IMG/VR virus record: IMGVR_UViG_2548876964_000021
DNA from: a virus
Lineage: Duplodnaviria > Heunggongvirae > Uroviricota > Caudoviricetes
DNA: 12,532 bases
Reading direction: 5' to 3' (one strand)
Shown here: positions 1 to 7,146 of the stretch, one piece after another
Position numbering within the stretch: position 1 is the first letter of the stretch
Layout: each line of letters opens with the position of its first letter
Position numbers and translations under genes: made by a program
The notes under the pieces: model-generated
What the model was told of the DNA's origin: nothing
Database searches by the model: none
Seen by the model: the letters and a program-made list of their open reading frames with translations, nothing else

Positions 1-357
1 GAGCAGGCGTTGTGGGCCCGTCGTCCGTCTGGCACCATCCATCACAGCGATAAAGGCTCTCAGTATGTGTCACTGGCCTATACGGAGCGACTAAAAGAAG
101 CCGGATTACTGGCATCAACAGGGAGTACAGGCGACTCGTATGACAACGCGATGGCTGAGAGCATCAATGGTCTTTACAAAGCGGAGGTAATACACCGTAA
201 GAGCTGGAAAAACCGTGCAGAAGTGGAACTGGCCACACTAACGTGGGTGGACTGGTATAACAATCGACGATTGCTGGGAAGGCTGGGCCATACTCCTCCG
301 GCAGAAGCAGAAAAAGCTTATTATGCTTCCATCGGAAACGATGATCTGGCAGCCTGA
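1..357 (+). CDS. IS3-family transposase OrfB, C-terminal fragment (5' partial; the real start lies outside the window)
   Basis: Translation ...HHSDKGSQYVSLAYTERLKEAGLLASTGSTGDSYDNAMAESINGLYKAEVIHRKSWKNRAEVELATLTWVDWYNNRRLLGRLGHTPPAEAEKAYYA... matches the C-terminal integrase core of IS3-family OrfB proteins, including the conserved Glu of the DDE triad in AESINGLYKAE. The frame is open back to base 1; the TTG at 10 chosen by the ORF track is not a true start. Confidence 0.85.
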   Translation, partial: EQALWARRPSGTIHHSDKGSQYVSLAYTERLKEAGLLASTGSTGDSYDNAMAESINGLYKAEVIHRKSWKNRAEVELATLTWVDWYNNRRLLGRLGHTPPAEAEKAYYASIGNDDLAA

Positions 358-399
358 GTTCACAGATAAAACACTCTCCAGGAAACCCGGGGCGGTTCA
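1..399 (+). mobile_element. Right-hand part of an IS3-family insertion sequence (IS629/IS1203-like), cut by the window edge
   Basis: The transposase frame is open from base 1. After its stop (355-357) the sequence ends ...CCCGGGGCGGTTCA at 399, i.e. a 5'-TG...CA-3' IS3-type terminus (reverse complement TGAACCGCCCCGGG...). The exact end at 399 is from recalled IS629 terminal sequence plus the TG/CA rule and was not verified. Confidence 0.65.
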
Positions 400-657
400 G
401 TTTTCGCCCTGTTCAGCCGACGTCAGACAACGTTGTTCGCCTTCAATCACTGTCGTTGGCTTCTGAACATCGCGGATCCAATATCTGACCGTTGCGCCGC
501 GCAAAAACGGGAATTTAGACCGGTATTTGAACGGCACCCGGATGAAACCCGGTTTAATTTCCACATCACCAAGTTCTAAATGCGTGATGTCCTTGCGTTT
601 TAGCAAATAGCGATCGGCTAAGGCTAACGCAAGAGCGCATACACCCCAGCCAATCAT
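397..657 (-). pseudogene. IS-truncated second gene of the lysis cassette (first 86 codons of a membrane-anchored protein; candidate antiholin, endolysin or spanin)
   Basis: The ATG at 657 overlaps the holin stop in an ATGA arrangement. The N-terminus MIGWGVCALALALADRYLLKRK is a hydrophobic anchor followed by basic residues. The frame runs into the IS terminus, and its stop codon TGA (399-397 on the minus strand) is the TGA of the IS end TGAACC..., so the native 3' part of the gene is missing. Confidence 0.5.
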
Positions 658-983
658 TTCCCACCTCCCTTTTTCACCAAACTTGTAAGAACATTCAGAA
701 TGCTATCGATATTCACTCGTTTCATCCCTGAAATCACCTCATGACCGTTATTGCTGGCTATCGTTACCATTAAGTACGTAATTGATAACTCCCAGCCCTC
801 GTGTTGCCCCAATAGGTACGCCACCGCGCCAGCTGTCACTGCAACAAAGATCTCCGTAACCAATCCCAACAAATTGCCAGACTGGCGACCGTCTCGGACA
901 TCCATCAGGAACGTGCCTATCCCACCAATTACTGAAAGCAGGAGCGCAATAGCAACTGGAGCTAATTCCTGTGTGTCAAGCAC
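654..983 (-). CDS. Holin, lambda S-like (109 aa, 2-3 transmembrane segments, basic C-terminus)
   Basis: GTG start at 983 preceded by AGGAGG with 6-nt spacing; an in-frame TGA upstream excludes a longer ORF. Predicted transmembrane segments: APVAIALLLSVIGGIGTFLM, LLGLVTEIFVAVTAGAVAYLL, LSITYLMVTIASNNG; C-terminal tail ...LVKKGGGK. The pattern resembles lambda S as recalled (GIG...RGR...ITSV...IGS...KRF). Four-base overlap with the downstream gene. Confidence 0.6.
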   Translation of the reverse strand: MLDTQELAPVAIALLLSVIGGIGTFLMDVRDGRQSGNLLGLVTEIFVAVTAGAVAYLLGQHEGWELSITYLMVTIASNNGHEVISGMKRVNIDSILNVLTSLVKKGGGK

Positions 984-989
984 AAGTTC

Positions 990-1009
990 CCTCCTACGTT
1001 GTCAGGAGG
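990..1009 (-). promoter_or_regulatory. 6-bp inverted repeat (CCTCCT-8 nt-AGGAGG) able to fold the holin Shine-Dalgarno into a hairpin
   Basis: Seen directly: 990-995 CCTCCT and 1004-1009 AGGAGG are reverse complements. On the minus-strand mRNA this gives CCUCCU-GACAACGU-AGGAGG-GAACUU-GUG, so the holin SD is the 3' arm of the stem. The same palindrome explains the apparent plus-strand SD at 1004-1009. Confidence 0.3.
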
Positions 1010-1011
1010 TA

Positions 1012-1248
1012 ATGGTATGCAAAGTAACTTCTCAACCGGTCATGCAAAGACAACAAGCGGAAAAAGAAAAGCAAAGCCTGCTACAGCTCGTCAGGGATAA
1101 AACTCAGCTCTGGGACTCACAGTTACGGCTAGGCATTATTTCCGTTCAGGGTAAACAAAAATTAACCGAGTGGATTCTCTATGCGCAGAAAGTCGAATCC
1201 ACGGATACCTCCATCCTTCCAGTAACGTTTCCCGAAAAGCCGGAATGA
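1012..1248 (+). CDS. Hypothetical small protein (79 aa); uncertain whether real or leader sequence of the holin operon
   Basis: ATG at 1012 in frame to TGA 1246-1248, translation MVCKVTSQPVMQRQQAEKEKQSLLQLVRDKTQLWDSQLRLGIISVQGKQKLTEWILYAQKVESTDTSILPVTFPEKPE. AGGAGG lies only 2 nt upstream (poor spacing) and is the complement of the holin-leader palindrome. Several rare codons (AGA, AGG, CTA, CGG). A GC-rich hairpin follows the stop. No homolog recognised. Confidence 0.25.
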   Translation: MVCKVTSQPVMQRQQAEKEKQSLLQLVRDKTQLWDSQLRLGIISVQGKQKLTEWILYAQKVESTDTSILPVTFPEKPE

Positions 1249-1251
1249 GGA

Positions 1252-1271
1252 AAGGCCCGGAATCGGGCCTT
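1252..1271. terminator. GC-rich hairpin (AAGGCCCG-GAAT-CGGGCCTT), possible terminator or RNA structural element
   Basis: Perfect 8-bp stem with a 4-nt loop, 4 nt after the stop of the 1012-1248 ORF and about 270 nt upstream of the holin start on the other strand. Flanking sequence is A/T-rich but there is no clean U-tract on either strand. Confidence 0.3.
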
Positions 1272-1582
1272 AATTAATATCTATAAGCTCAACAAATAAG
1301 AGCTAACAATTTTGTTAATTTCCTCTGGAAATAATGCATTGTGCTTATATATACCTGAAGCTATATTAAAGAGCGTCATGTAAAAAATAAACCAATCAAT
1401 TAAATCTATTTTCAACAAACAAGTCAAAATTTTTAACAGATATGTATAGAAATGGCAAGCCATAAATTAATAATGACATCCTTAATAAGTCTAAAGAAAC
1501 ACTAAATAGATAAAATATAAATTATTACATCCAAAAATATAGAAAGTGTTGGCAATCTTGCAACTCATTATCAATACAATAT

Positions 1583-1612
1583 TGACATCCCTTTAGCGCT
1601 CAGTTTAAAATT
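1583..1612 (+). promoter_or_regulatory. Candidate sigma70-type promoter for the acetyltransferase gene (TTGACA-18 nt-TAAAAT)
   Basis: TTGACA at 1583-1588 and TAAAAT at 1607-1612 within a 470-bp AT-rich upstream region. A second candidate -10 (TATAAT, 1688-1693) lacks a good -35. Sequence match only. Confidence 0.2.
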
Positions 1613-1738
1613 AACATTTGTGTTTACATTGTGCGTTGATTTAGTTTAGCAGGAACGCAGTAACACACTGATGATTATTGTTTTAATTATAATGTCAATA
1701 TATAAACATAGAAACCAAAAAATATAGGCAGTTGCAAT

Positions 1739-2311
1739 ATGTTATGTTACTTAATAGCTATTCACTTTGTCATCTTCGGGAATTCAAAAGCTCTATTGAG
1801 CTACTGGATGGCTGAAATCATCAGGCGTGAAAAAATGGATGTTTGGCGACTATTAAGAGAGAAGAAGCAGCGCAATCGGAATTTCCTTTTCTGGTGGAGA
1901 CTGGCTAATGAAATGTATATTAATGGCAATAAATTACATAAGAAAGCAGCCAGAAAGTTAAACAATAATATAATTAACAGATTTGGTTGCGAAATTGGAT
2001 TGGGCGCAAATATTGGAAAAGGTTTAACAATTCCCCATCATACTGGAATTGTTGTTCATTTTGCTGTTGATGCTGGTGAAAATCTGGTTTTGCGACAGAA
2101 TACTACCATTGGACAGGTAGATGGTGACATGCCTGGTTCAAGAGTAAAAATTGGTAATAACGTTGATATCGGAGCTAATTGTTGCATCATTGGATTATCA
2201 CGTAAAATTGGGGATAATGTAAAAATAGGTGCAATGTCTTTTATAAATAAAGATATACCATCGAACTGCACATATATAACAAAAAAGAGCGGTGTTGTAT
2301 TGTATAAATAG
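1739..2311 (+). CDS. Hexapeptide-repeat (left-handed beta-helix) O-acetyltransferase, serine acetyltransferase/WcaB-like; the start may be internal at 1808 or 1835
   Basis: Translation ...FLFWWRLANEMYINGNKLHKKAARKLNNNIINRFGCEIGLGANIGKGLTIPHHTGIVVHFAVDAGENLVLRQNTTIGQVDGDMPGSRVKIGNNVDIGANCCIIGLSRKIGDNVKIGAMSFINKDIPSNCTY... shows the SAT-type N-terminal helix, [LIV]-G-x-x-x-x hexapeptide repeats and a His in PHHTG at the catalytic position. Alignment with recalled CysE and WcaB sequences suggests the true start is the Met at 1835 (about 158 aa); the longest ORF begins at 1739. No strong SD at any candidate start. AT-rich and on the opposite strand to the phage genes. Confidence 0.85.
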   Translation: MLCYLIAIHFVIFGNSKALLSYWMAEIIRREKMDVWRLLREKKQRNRNFLFWWRLANEMYINGNKLHKKAARKLNNNIINRFGCEIGLGANIGKGLTIPHHTGIVVHFAVDAGENLVLRQNTTIGQVDGDMPGSRVKIGNNVDIGANCCIIGLSRKIGDNVKIGAMSFINKDIPSNCTYITKKSGVVLYK

Positions 2312-2319
2312 AGTACATG

Positions 2320-2347
2320 AAGCCATCAATATTTCTATCGATGGCTT
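2320..2347. terminator. Bidirectional rho-independent terminator candidate between the convergent acetyltransferase and tfa genes
   Basis: Inverted repeat AAGCCATC (2320-2327) / GATGGCTT (2340-2347) with a 12-nt loop. On the plus strand it is followed by TATCCTTTTATT; on the minus strand it lies 8 nt after the tfa stop and is followed by a U-rich stretch. Confidence 0.5.
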
Positions 2348-2354
2348 TATCCTT

Positions 2355-2933
2355 TTATTGCGGGGCGACTGGCCACTCAACATCCGATGCTACTGTTGTA
2401 TCAACACGATTCAACAATACCCGATATGTCTTCCATGCAGTCAGTAACGATGCCTCTTCCTCCGTCGCAATATCCAAATCTACGGCATCCTGAAGTGGCG
2501 CAATATGCTCACTGGCCATCTGCATCAGGCTGTTTTTTGTTTCTTCCGCCTTCCGGATCCGGAACAGTTTTTCTGCTTCTGCATCTTTCACCCAGGCTGT
2601 GCCGTTCCACTTCTGAAACTCCCCTTCCGGGGATAACCAGGTGACATTTTCCGGTAATGGGCCAAGTTCAGAAATAAATAACGCGTCGCCGGAAGCCACG
2701 TCATAGACGGTTTTTCCCCGATGGTCTTCAACGAGATTCCACGATGCCTCATCACTGTTGAAAACGGCCACGAAGCCAGCCGGAATATCTGGCGGGGCAA
2801 TATCGGTACTGTTTGCAGGCAGACCTGTATGAGGTGGAATGTATGCATCACCTTCACCAATAAACTCATTGGTTCCGGTCAGTAGATTATAAATTTTTAT
2901 GGTCCGTGATTGTTCACTCATTCTGAATGTCAT
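2355..2933 (-). CDS. tfa: Tail fibre assembly protein (lambda Tfa-like chaperone)
   Basis: 192 aa, [65 protein letters not shown]...LLNRVDT..., near-identical along its length to lambda Tfa as recalled. Its start overlaps the fibre stop (TAATG). Confidence 0.93.
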   Translation of the reverse strand: MTFRMSEQSRTIKIYNLLTGTNEFIGEGDAYIPPHTGLPANSTDIAPPDIPAGFVAVFNSDEASWNLVEDHRGKTVYDVASGDALFISELGPLPENVTWLSPEGEFQKWNGTAWVKDAEAEKLFRIRKAEETKNSLMQMASEHIAPLQDAVDLDIATEEEASLLTAWKTYRVLLNRVDTTVASDVEWPVAPQ

Positions 2934-5782
2934 TATGCAAGCCTCACAATATAGTTAAATGCGATGTTTTTTACGGTGTTTTCTTCGTTACCCGTAGCGT
3001 TAACGGTGATGGTGTGTCCGTGGGGACCAATAATGACAGAATGGGCATGAGCACCAATGCCGATAGTGTGGTTATGGGCACCGATATATACATTGTGAGC
3101 ATGCCCGCCTGCGCTCGACGTGGTACCAGTACCTAACGCAGCGTTAAAACCGGCTGATACACCATTCCCCGCGCCAGTGTGACCAACAGGTATATTGTGT
3201 GAATGATTTCCAGCGCTATTCGTAGTTTTTGTGCCGTAATCAAATGAACTGGTCGTTTTAGTACCGTAATCAAACGACGATGTGGTTTTCGTCCCCAAAT
3301 CCGTACTGGATGCGCTGGCGCTGTGGGTGTGCGATTTAATGCCGTCCTGTTCCTGAGACAATACGGCACGACCACTGCCGGGCTTGCCCTTAATCGTCCA
3401 GCCACGCATATCAGGAATAACGCCTGACGGATAAGCCGCTGCAAGTTTCGGGTATGCAGATTTGTCAAAAGTCTGCCCCTGCATCAGGGCATAACCAGAC
3501 GGAACGGTATCTGATGGCCACGGGATTGGTGCGCCGACTGGGTAGCTTTCTGGTGGAAGATTTTTCGAGGTATAAACTTCTGCCCAGTCTTCCTCAAAAC
3601 CATAACCGTCTCTTGAAGAACGGTAGAACAGACCACCATTTCTGTAATGCGCCTTCATCTGCAAGGTCGGGCAACTTCCGACTCCGGTATAGAAGTTAAC
3701 CAGAATATAGCTGTCGGCAGAGCGAATGACATTGTAAGCGCCTGATTCGGCATTCCAGGGAACGCCCCCATCCGCATCGGCATACGTATCCGTTGCTCTT
3801 CTGGCAAAAGCAGCAACATGCGCAGCGGTTAAAGTGATATCAGTAGAACCATCAAACGAGACGCCATTGATAGTACATGCTGTCTGCAACTTGGTCGCTG
3901 TAGCCGCATTACCAGAGGTGTCCTGATCCCCTTTGGCATTGACGCCGGGAATTGAATCTTTTGACGTATAGACCTGCGCCCATTCAGACCAGTTGGCAGA
4001 ATCAGTATCACGCCGCGAACGGATATGTACGGGCGCATGGTCACCGCTCGTGCCACTCCAGCCAATGAATAACTCACCTTCGCCAGCAGCGGTGGCACCT
4101 TTAAGGTGAAGCACATTGCCATAGGTGGAAGGGTAGCCATTGTTGTATGCCTCATACAGCTGAATCCCGGATGTTCCCTGTGCATTCGCCTCTAGGGCCG
4201 TTACGCGACCGCGAGATACCAGAGTATTGATATTAATGTCAGCCGAACCATCGAATCTGACGCCATTAATGTTTATGGCTGTTTTTAATTTCGTCGCGGT
4301 GTCGGCGTTCCCTGTCAGCGCCCCGGTGATCCCACCGTTGAAAGTCTGGCGTGCACTCCATTTGTTAGCCGTGCTCAACAGGGGGATCTTTTCACCGCTT
4401 GTGCCAAGTTCTCTTAAATCAAGGTATTGGATAACAGCAAGGACGCTTGTTTTGGCCAGAATATCGCGACCGACTGACGTTAAGTCAGTCTGAGAAATAG
4501 TGTCTGTACCGGTAAAGTACGGCAATTTATTTGCGCCTGTAGCAAGACCAGCAAGCGCGGTTAAAGTTGCATCCAGAGGCTGTTTGCCTGCCAGCGCATT
4601 TGTCATTGTTGTCGCAAAGTTCGGGTCATTACCAAGTGCTGCGGCAAGCTCATTCAGGGTATCAAGAGCTTCTGGTGATGAACCAACCAATGCGGATATG
4701 GCAGCTCTTACATAAGCGGTCGTAGCAATCTGCGTGTTATTCGTACCCTGTGCAGCGGTAGGCGCAGTAGGTATTCCCGTTAATGCAGGACTTGCTAAAG
4801 GAGCTTTAAGAGCCAGAGCATTGTTGATAGTTGTGCTGAAATTCGGGTCGTTATTGATCGCAGCAGCTATTTCTTTAAGCGTATCCAGTGTGCCAGGTGC
4901 ACCGTTGATAAGTGCCGTTATAGCTGCCTTAACAAAGGCTGTATTTGCGATCTGCGTGCTATTTGTACCTTGCGCTGCCGTCGGCGCGGTTGGCGTTCCT
5001 GTCAGACTCGGGCTTTCTATTGGCGCTTTGGTATCAGCAAGATCTTTTACAGACTTAACGGCTTTAGGGGTAGCCGCCATTGTTTCGCTGTCGCTGTTAG
5101 TTTCGCTACTGAGCTGAACTAATCCCTTTTGCGTTGTGCTTGCATCCTGCGCCGTATACTTACTGTTCGCCAGATCGTAGGCTTTTTTAACTGCCAGCGA
5201 ACTTGCAGCAACATCACTTCTGCTACTGGTTACAGAGTCTGAAATATCAATGCCGATCGTGCGGTTAATACGCTCGGATGTATCAATCATCTCCTGGGTA
5301 ATGGCTGATACTCCAGCAGGGATATTCACCGTACAAACAAGCAGCTCCCCATCTCCTAACTGATATGAATCGGTATAGGTTCTGGTAACAAATTCAGCCG
5401 CATGAATATGTGACGCGGTATTAACCTGATAGGTATCCTCTCCAAGGAGGTATCTTCCCTTCAGCACAATTGCATATTTCTTGCCTGCACTAAGTGCAAG
5501 AGGAATATCCGTACATTGCTGAATAGTTACCTGGTAGAATTCACCAATATCCACCGACGCCGCGCCTGCGGTTTTATCTCCATCCACTGAGGTGATTAAC
5601 AGGTTCATCCCACCGCCAGGCTTAGGTAAGAAACCGGCATAAAATCCCGGGTCAACAATCCCCCTGAATTTTCGGTTTAGCGCGGCTGACAGATATGGTT
5701 CGTGGTATTGCACATCAGCAACCAGAGCCAACGACTCGGGTGATGGGTAAGTAACCGATGTAACAACTGTAACGTCATTCAT
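2933..5782 (-). CDS. Tail fibre protein (949 aa), mosaic: distinct N-terminal attachment domain, P2 H/T-even-type fibre repeats, lambda Stf-like C-terminal tip
   Basis: Start taken at the ATG at 5782 ([10 protein letters not shown]...), which has AAGGA 8 nt upstream and lies 8 nt after the upstream gene stop. Middle region ...[45 protein letters not shown]...[28 protein letters not shown]... resembles P2 H/T4 gp37 repeats. C-terminus ...[47 protein letters not shown]...[40 protein letters not shown] matches the lambda Stf C-terminus. Confidence 0.9.
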   Translation of the reverse strand: MNDVTVVTSVTYPSPESLALVADVQYHEPYLSAALNRKFRGIVDPGFYAGFLPKPGGGMNLLITSVDGDKTAGAASVDIGEFYQVTIQQCTDIPLALSAGKKYAIVLKGRYLLGEDTYQVNTASHIHAAEFVTRTYTDSYQLGDGELLVCTVNIPAGVSAITQEMIDTSERINRTIGIDISDSVTSSRSDVAASSLAVKKAYDLANSKYTAQDASTTQKGLVQLSSETNSDSETMAATPKAVKSVKDLADTKAPIESPSLTGTPTAPTAAQGTNSTQIANTAFVKAAITALINGAPGTLDTLKEIAAAINNDPNFSTTINNALALKAPLASPALTGIPTAPTAAQGTNNTQIATTAYVRAAISALVGSSPEALDTLNELAAALGNDPNFATTMTNALAGKQPLDATLTALAGLATGANKLPYFTGTDTISQTDLTSVGRDILAKTSVLAVIQYLDLRELGTSGEKIPLLSTANKWSARQTFNGGITGALTGNADTATKLKTAININGVRFDGSADININTLVSRGRVTALEANAQGTSGIQLYEAYNNGYPSTYGNVLHLKGATAAGEGELFIGWSGTSGDHAPVHIRSRRDTDSANWSEWAQVYTSKDSIPGVNAKGDQDTSGNAATATKLQTACTINGVSFDGSTDITLTAAHVAAFARRATDTYADADGGVPWNAESGAYNVIRSADSYILVNFYTGVGSCPTLQMKAHYRNGGLFYRSSRDGYGFEEDWAEVYTSKNLPPESYPVGAPIPWPSDTVPSGYALMQGQTFDKSAYPKLAAAYPSGVIPDMRGWTIKGKPGSGRAVLSQEQDGIKSHTHSASASSTDLGTKTTSSFDYGTKTTSSFDYGTKTTNSAGNHSHNIPVGHTGAGNGVSAGFNAALGTGTTSSAGGHAHNVYIGAHNHTIGIGAHAHSVIIGPHGHTITVNATGNEENTVKNIAFNYIVRLA
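3225..3314. repeat. Tandem 30-bp repeat (2 good copies plus 1 degenerate) inside the fibre tip coding region
   Basis: 3225-3254 gtttttgtgccgtaatcaaatgaactggtc; 3255-3284 gttttagtaccgtaatcaaacgacgatgtg; 3285-3314 degenerate. Encodes the [10 protein letters not shown] decapeptide repeats on the minus strand. Confidence 0.8.
4580..5020. repeat. Diverged tandem duplication of about 219 bp inside the fibre shaft coding region (approximate bounds)
   Basis: Two roughly 73-aa units, [74 protein letters not shown] and [75 protein letters not shown]; the matching DNA blocks are visible around 4600-4800 and 4820-5020. Confidence 0.75.
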
Positions 5783-5793
5783 CAAGCATATCC

Positions 5794-6228
5794 TTATGCT
5801 GTAGTCGTGTTTATGGCCATAACTGCGGTATATGTTTTGCCCACATACAGCGAGTCTTCCTGGACACAAATAATGGCGATTGGCTTGTTCTCGTTATCCA
5901 GAACAACCAGAGTGTTGAATGGGTAGTTTTTCCCTTCCTGCAACTGGCTTTGATCAAGGTCCATTCGGACAGTAATTATCCCACCTGAGTAGGTTGGCAC
6001 GAGGTTGATGGTACAAAATTGGCTGGTCAGTTCTGCCAGATCGAAAGCCTTTGGCAGTTCTCCAATCTCATAAGTGCCATCTCCTTTCTTAGTAACCAGA
6101 GAACTGGTACCGAAAACGGCCTTGCTGATTAAAAATCGAGAGCCTTTGTTAATGGACGATTCAGCGCGCCGCTGATAGTAATAGTCCAACAACTGACTCT
6201 TATAGAGGTTTGTTGAGACGTCAGACAT
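5794..6228 (-). CDS. Hypothetical tail protein (144 aa) immediately upstream of the tail fibre; possible fibre-associated structural or assembly protein (P1 R-like position)
   Basis: ATG at 6228 with GGGAAAA upstream; ends 8 nt before the fibre start. No motif recognised; assignment is by position only. Confidence 0.6.
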   Translation of the reverse strand: MSDVSTNLYKSQLLDYYYQRRAESSINKGSRFLISKAVFGTSSLVTKKGDGTYEIGELPKAFDLAELTSQFCTINLVPTYSGGIITVRMDLDQSQLQEGKNYPFNTLVVLDNENKPIAIICVQEDSLYVGKTYTAVMAINTTTA

Positions 6229-6278
6229 GATTTTCCCTAATCACTGTTGTGAAGCCTCATTGTAAGAGAAGTAACTTG

Positions 6279-6303
6279 TCACCCCGCCCTGCGGACGGGG
6301 TGA
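6279..6303. other. Intercistronic GC-rich hairpin (TCACCCCG-9 nt-CGGGGTGA) between the baseplate genes and the fibre module
   Basis: Perfect 8-bp inverted repeat, 3 nt after the stop of the 279-aa gene and about 50 nt before the 144-aa gene start, in an otherwise tightly overlapping operon. No U-tract, so not a classical intrinsic terminator. Confidence 0.4.
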
Positions 6304-6306
6304 TTG

Positions 6307-7146
6307 TCAGGCGTCGCTATCCAGCAACAAATCATCTGCGCGGGTGCGATCAAACGTAGGTGTCGCTTTCACAATAGTGCCACCAGGCGTTGCGGTGATC
6401 GGGGCGCTAATCGACGTAACTCCAGTAAGCGAAGTTGTATCCGAAGTTTCAAACCAGCAGAATGCTTTTTCGGTATCAGAAATCTCGTTCAAAGTGATCA
6501 TGTCGGCCTGTTCATTTACAACAACCGACAAATAGAGCGTAAGCCCATCAAACACTATATGCAGTGGCAGTAGAGGCTTTACGAACTGATTAAACTTTCT
6601 GAGAATTTCTTCTGTAATTGCGGACTGATCTATCGTGCCAGTAATACCCATTGTCCGGGCCAGGTCGTTTATGGGAATACTGATCATCCCTCTGGAAGTC
6701 AGAAACATCTCGCCGAATGTGCCGCCGGTAGTCTCCAATGTGCTTTCTGGTATTAGAACTGTGCCATAGGGATGACGCTCAAGGTCCACCGGTGCATATA
6801 TCGGATCCCATAAAACAGAAATACCGTTAAATTCGCGGTAAATTGTCTGGTTTATAGGACGTTCAGTTCCCTTAAAGTGGATCTCATCAAGCCGCTGTTG
6901 TAACAACATCGGAACGGAAGATGAGTCCGAGGTTCTGATAGTAAAGAACTGGCCAAGTTCATTTGTCCTGGTCTCCAGATCCTCCTTGCTCATGGAGAAA
7001 ATAGACTTCCGGTTGGTAATTCGCTCCAACCATGGGTCAACAAAGGTGTCCATCATTGACTGAACCAAATCAGCCAATGATTTATAGAGCAATGACTTTT
7101 GCTTAGCTGATGTAAGCCGGTTATTAAACCAGGAACGCTGCATCAC
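6307..7146 (-). CDS. Putative baseplate / tail protein (279 aa)
   Basis: Start overlaps the stop of the 477-aa gene (ATGA), placing it in the same coupled operon between a J-like wedge protein and the fibre module. No specific motif recognised. Confidence 0.65.
   Translation of the reverse strand: MMQRSWFNNRLTSAKQKSLLYKSLADLVQSMMDTFVDPWLERITNRKSIFSMSKEDLETRTNELGQFFTIRTSDSSSVPMLLQQRLDEIHFKGTERPINQTIYREFNGISVLWDPIYAPVDLERHPYGTVLIPESTLETTGGTFGEMFLTSRGMISIPINDLARTMGITGTIDQSAITEEILRKFNQFVKPLLPLHIVFDGLTLYLSVVVNEQADMITLNEISDTEKAFCWFETSDTTSLTGVTSISAPITATPGGTIVKATPTFDRTRADDLLLDSDA

Noticed and set aside
751-1011. 5' part of the 165-aa plus-strand ORF
   Set aside because: It is antisense to the holin, which has transmembrane segments, a strong SD and operon overlap; only the part from the ATG at 1012 is kept, and that at low confidence.
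1281-1463. 60-aa minus-strand ORF in the AT-rich spacer
   Set aside because: Ile/Leu/Tyr/Phe-rich translation typical of random AT-rich DNA; no RBS; the region looks like a promoter/UTR tract.
1825-1833. Homopolymeric A tract near the 5' end of the acetyltransferase as a possible phase-variation switch
   Set aside because: Only 6 A residues and no tandem hepta- or penta-nucleotide repeats of the kind seen in NeuO-type phase-variable acetyltransferases; too short for appreciable slippage.
2056-2869. Short ORFs overlapping the acetyltransferase and tfa genes (2056-2271-, 2198-2383-, 2387-2644+, 2588-2869-)
   Set aside because: All lie inside or antisense to genes with clear protein-family signatures; 2198-2383 would also span the convergent terminator.
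3143-3158. cix/gix-like recombination half-site (AAAACCGG) that might mark an invertible fibre segment
   Set aside because: Only one half-site-like motif, no partner site, no inverted second copy of the fibre tip or tfa, and no invertase gene in the window; the AAAACCAGGTTGG at about 12457-12474 was dismissed on the same grounds.
3225-3314. Possible CRISPR-like short tandem repeats
   Set aside because: Only 2-3 contiguous 30-bp units with no spacers, in frame within the fibre gene, encoding a decapeptide repeat.
3133-4185. Minus and plus-strand ORFs of 81-118 aa inside the fibre gene (3133-3468, 3454-3699, 3829-4185, 4227-4493, 4500-4715)
   Set aside because: Alternative-frame artefacts within a long continuous fibre reading frame whose translation matches known fibre proteins.
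4734-5117. 127-aa plus-strand ORF antisense to the tail fibre
   Set aside because: Low-complexity Ala/Val/Leu-rich translation produced by the reverse strand of the fibre repeat region; no RBS.
5783-5869. Upstream extension of the tail-fibre ORF ([29 protein letters not shown]...) given in the ORF track
   Set aside because: It overlaps the 3' end of the 144-aa gene by 75 nt in another frame and has no RBS, whereas the internal ATG at 5782 has AAGGA 8 nt upstream and starts 8 nt after the upstream stop.
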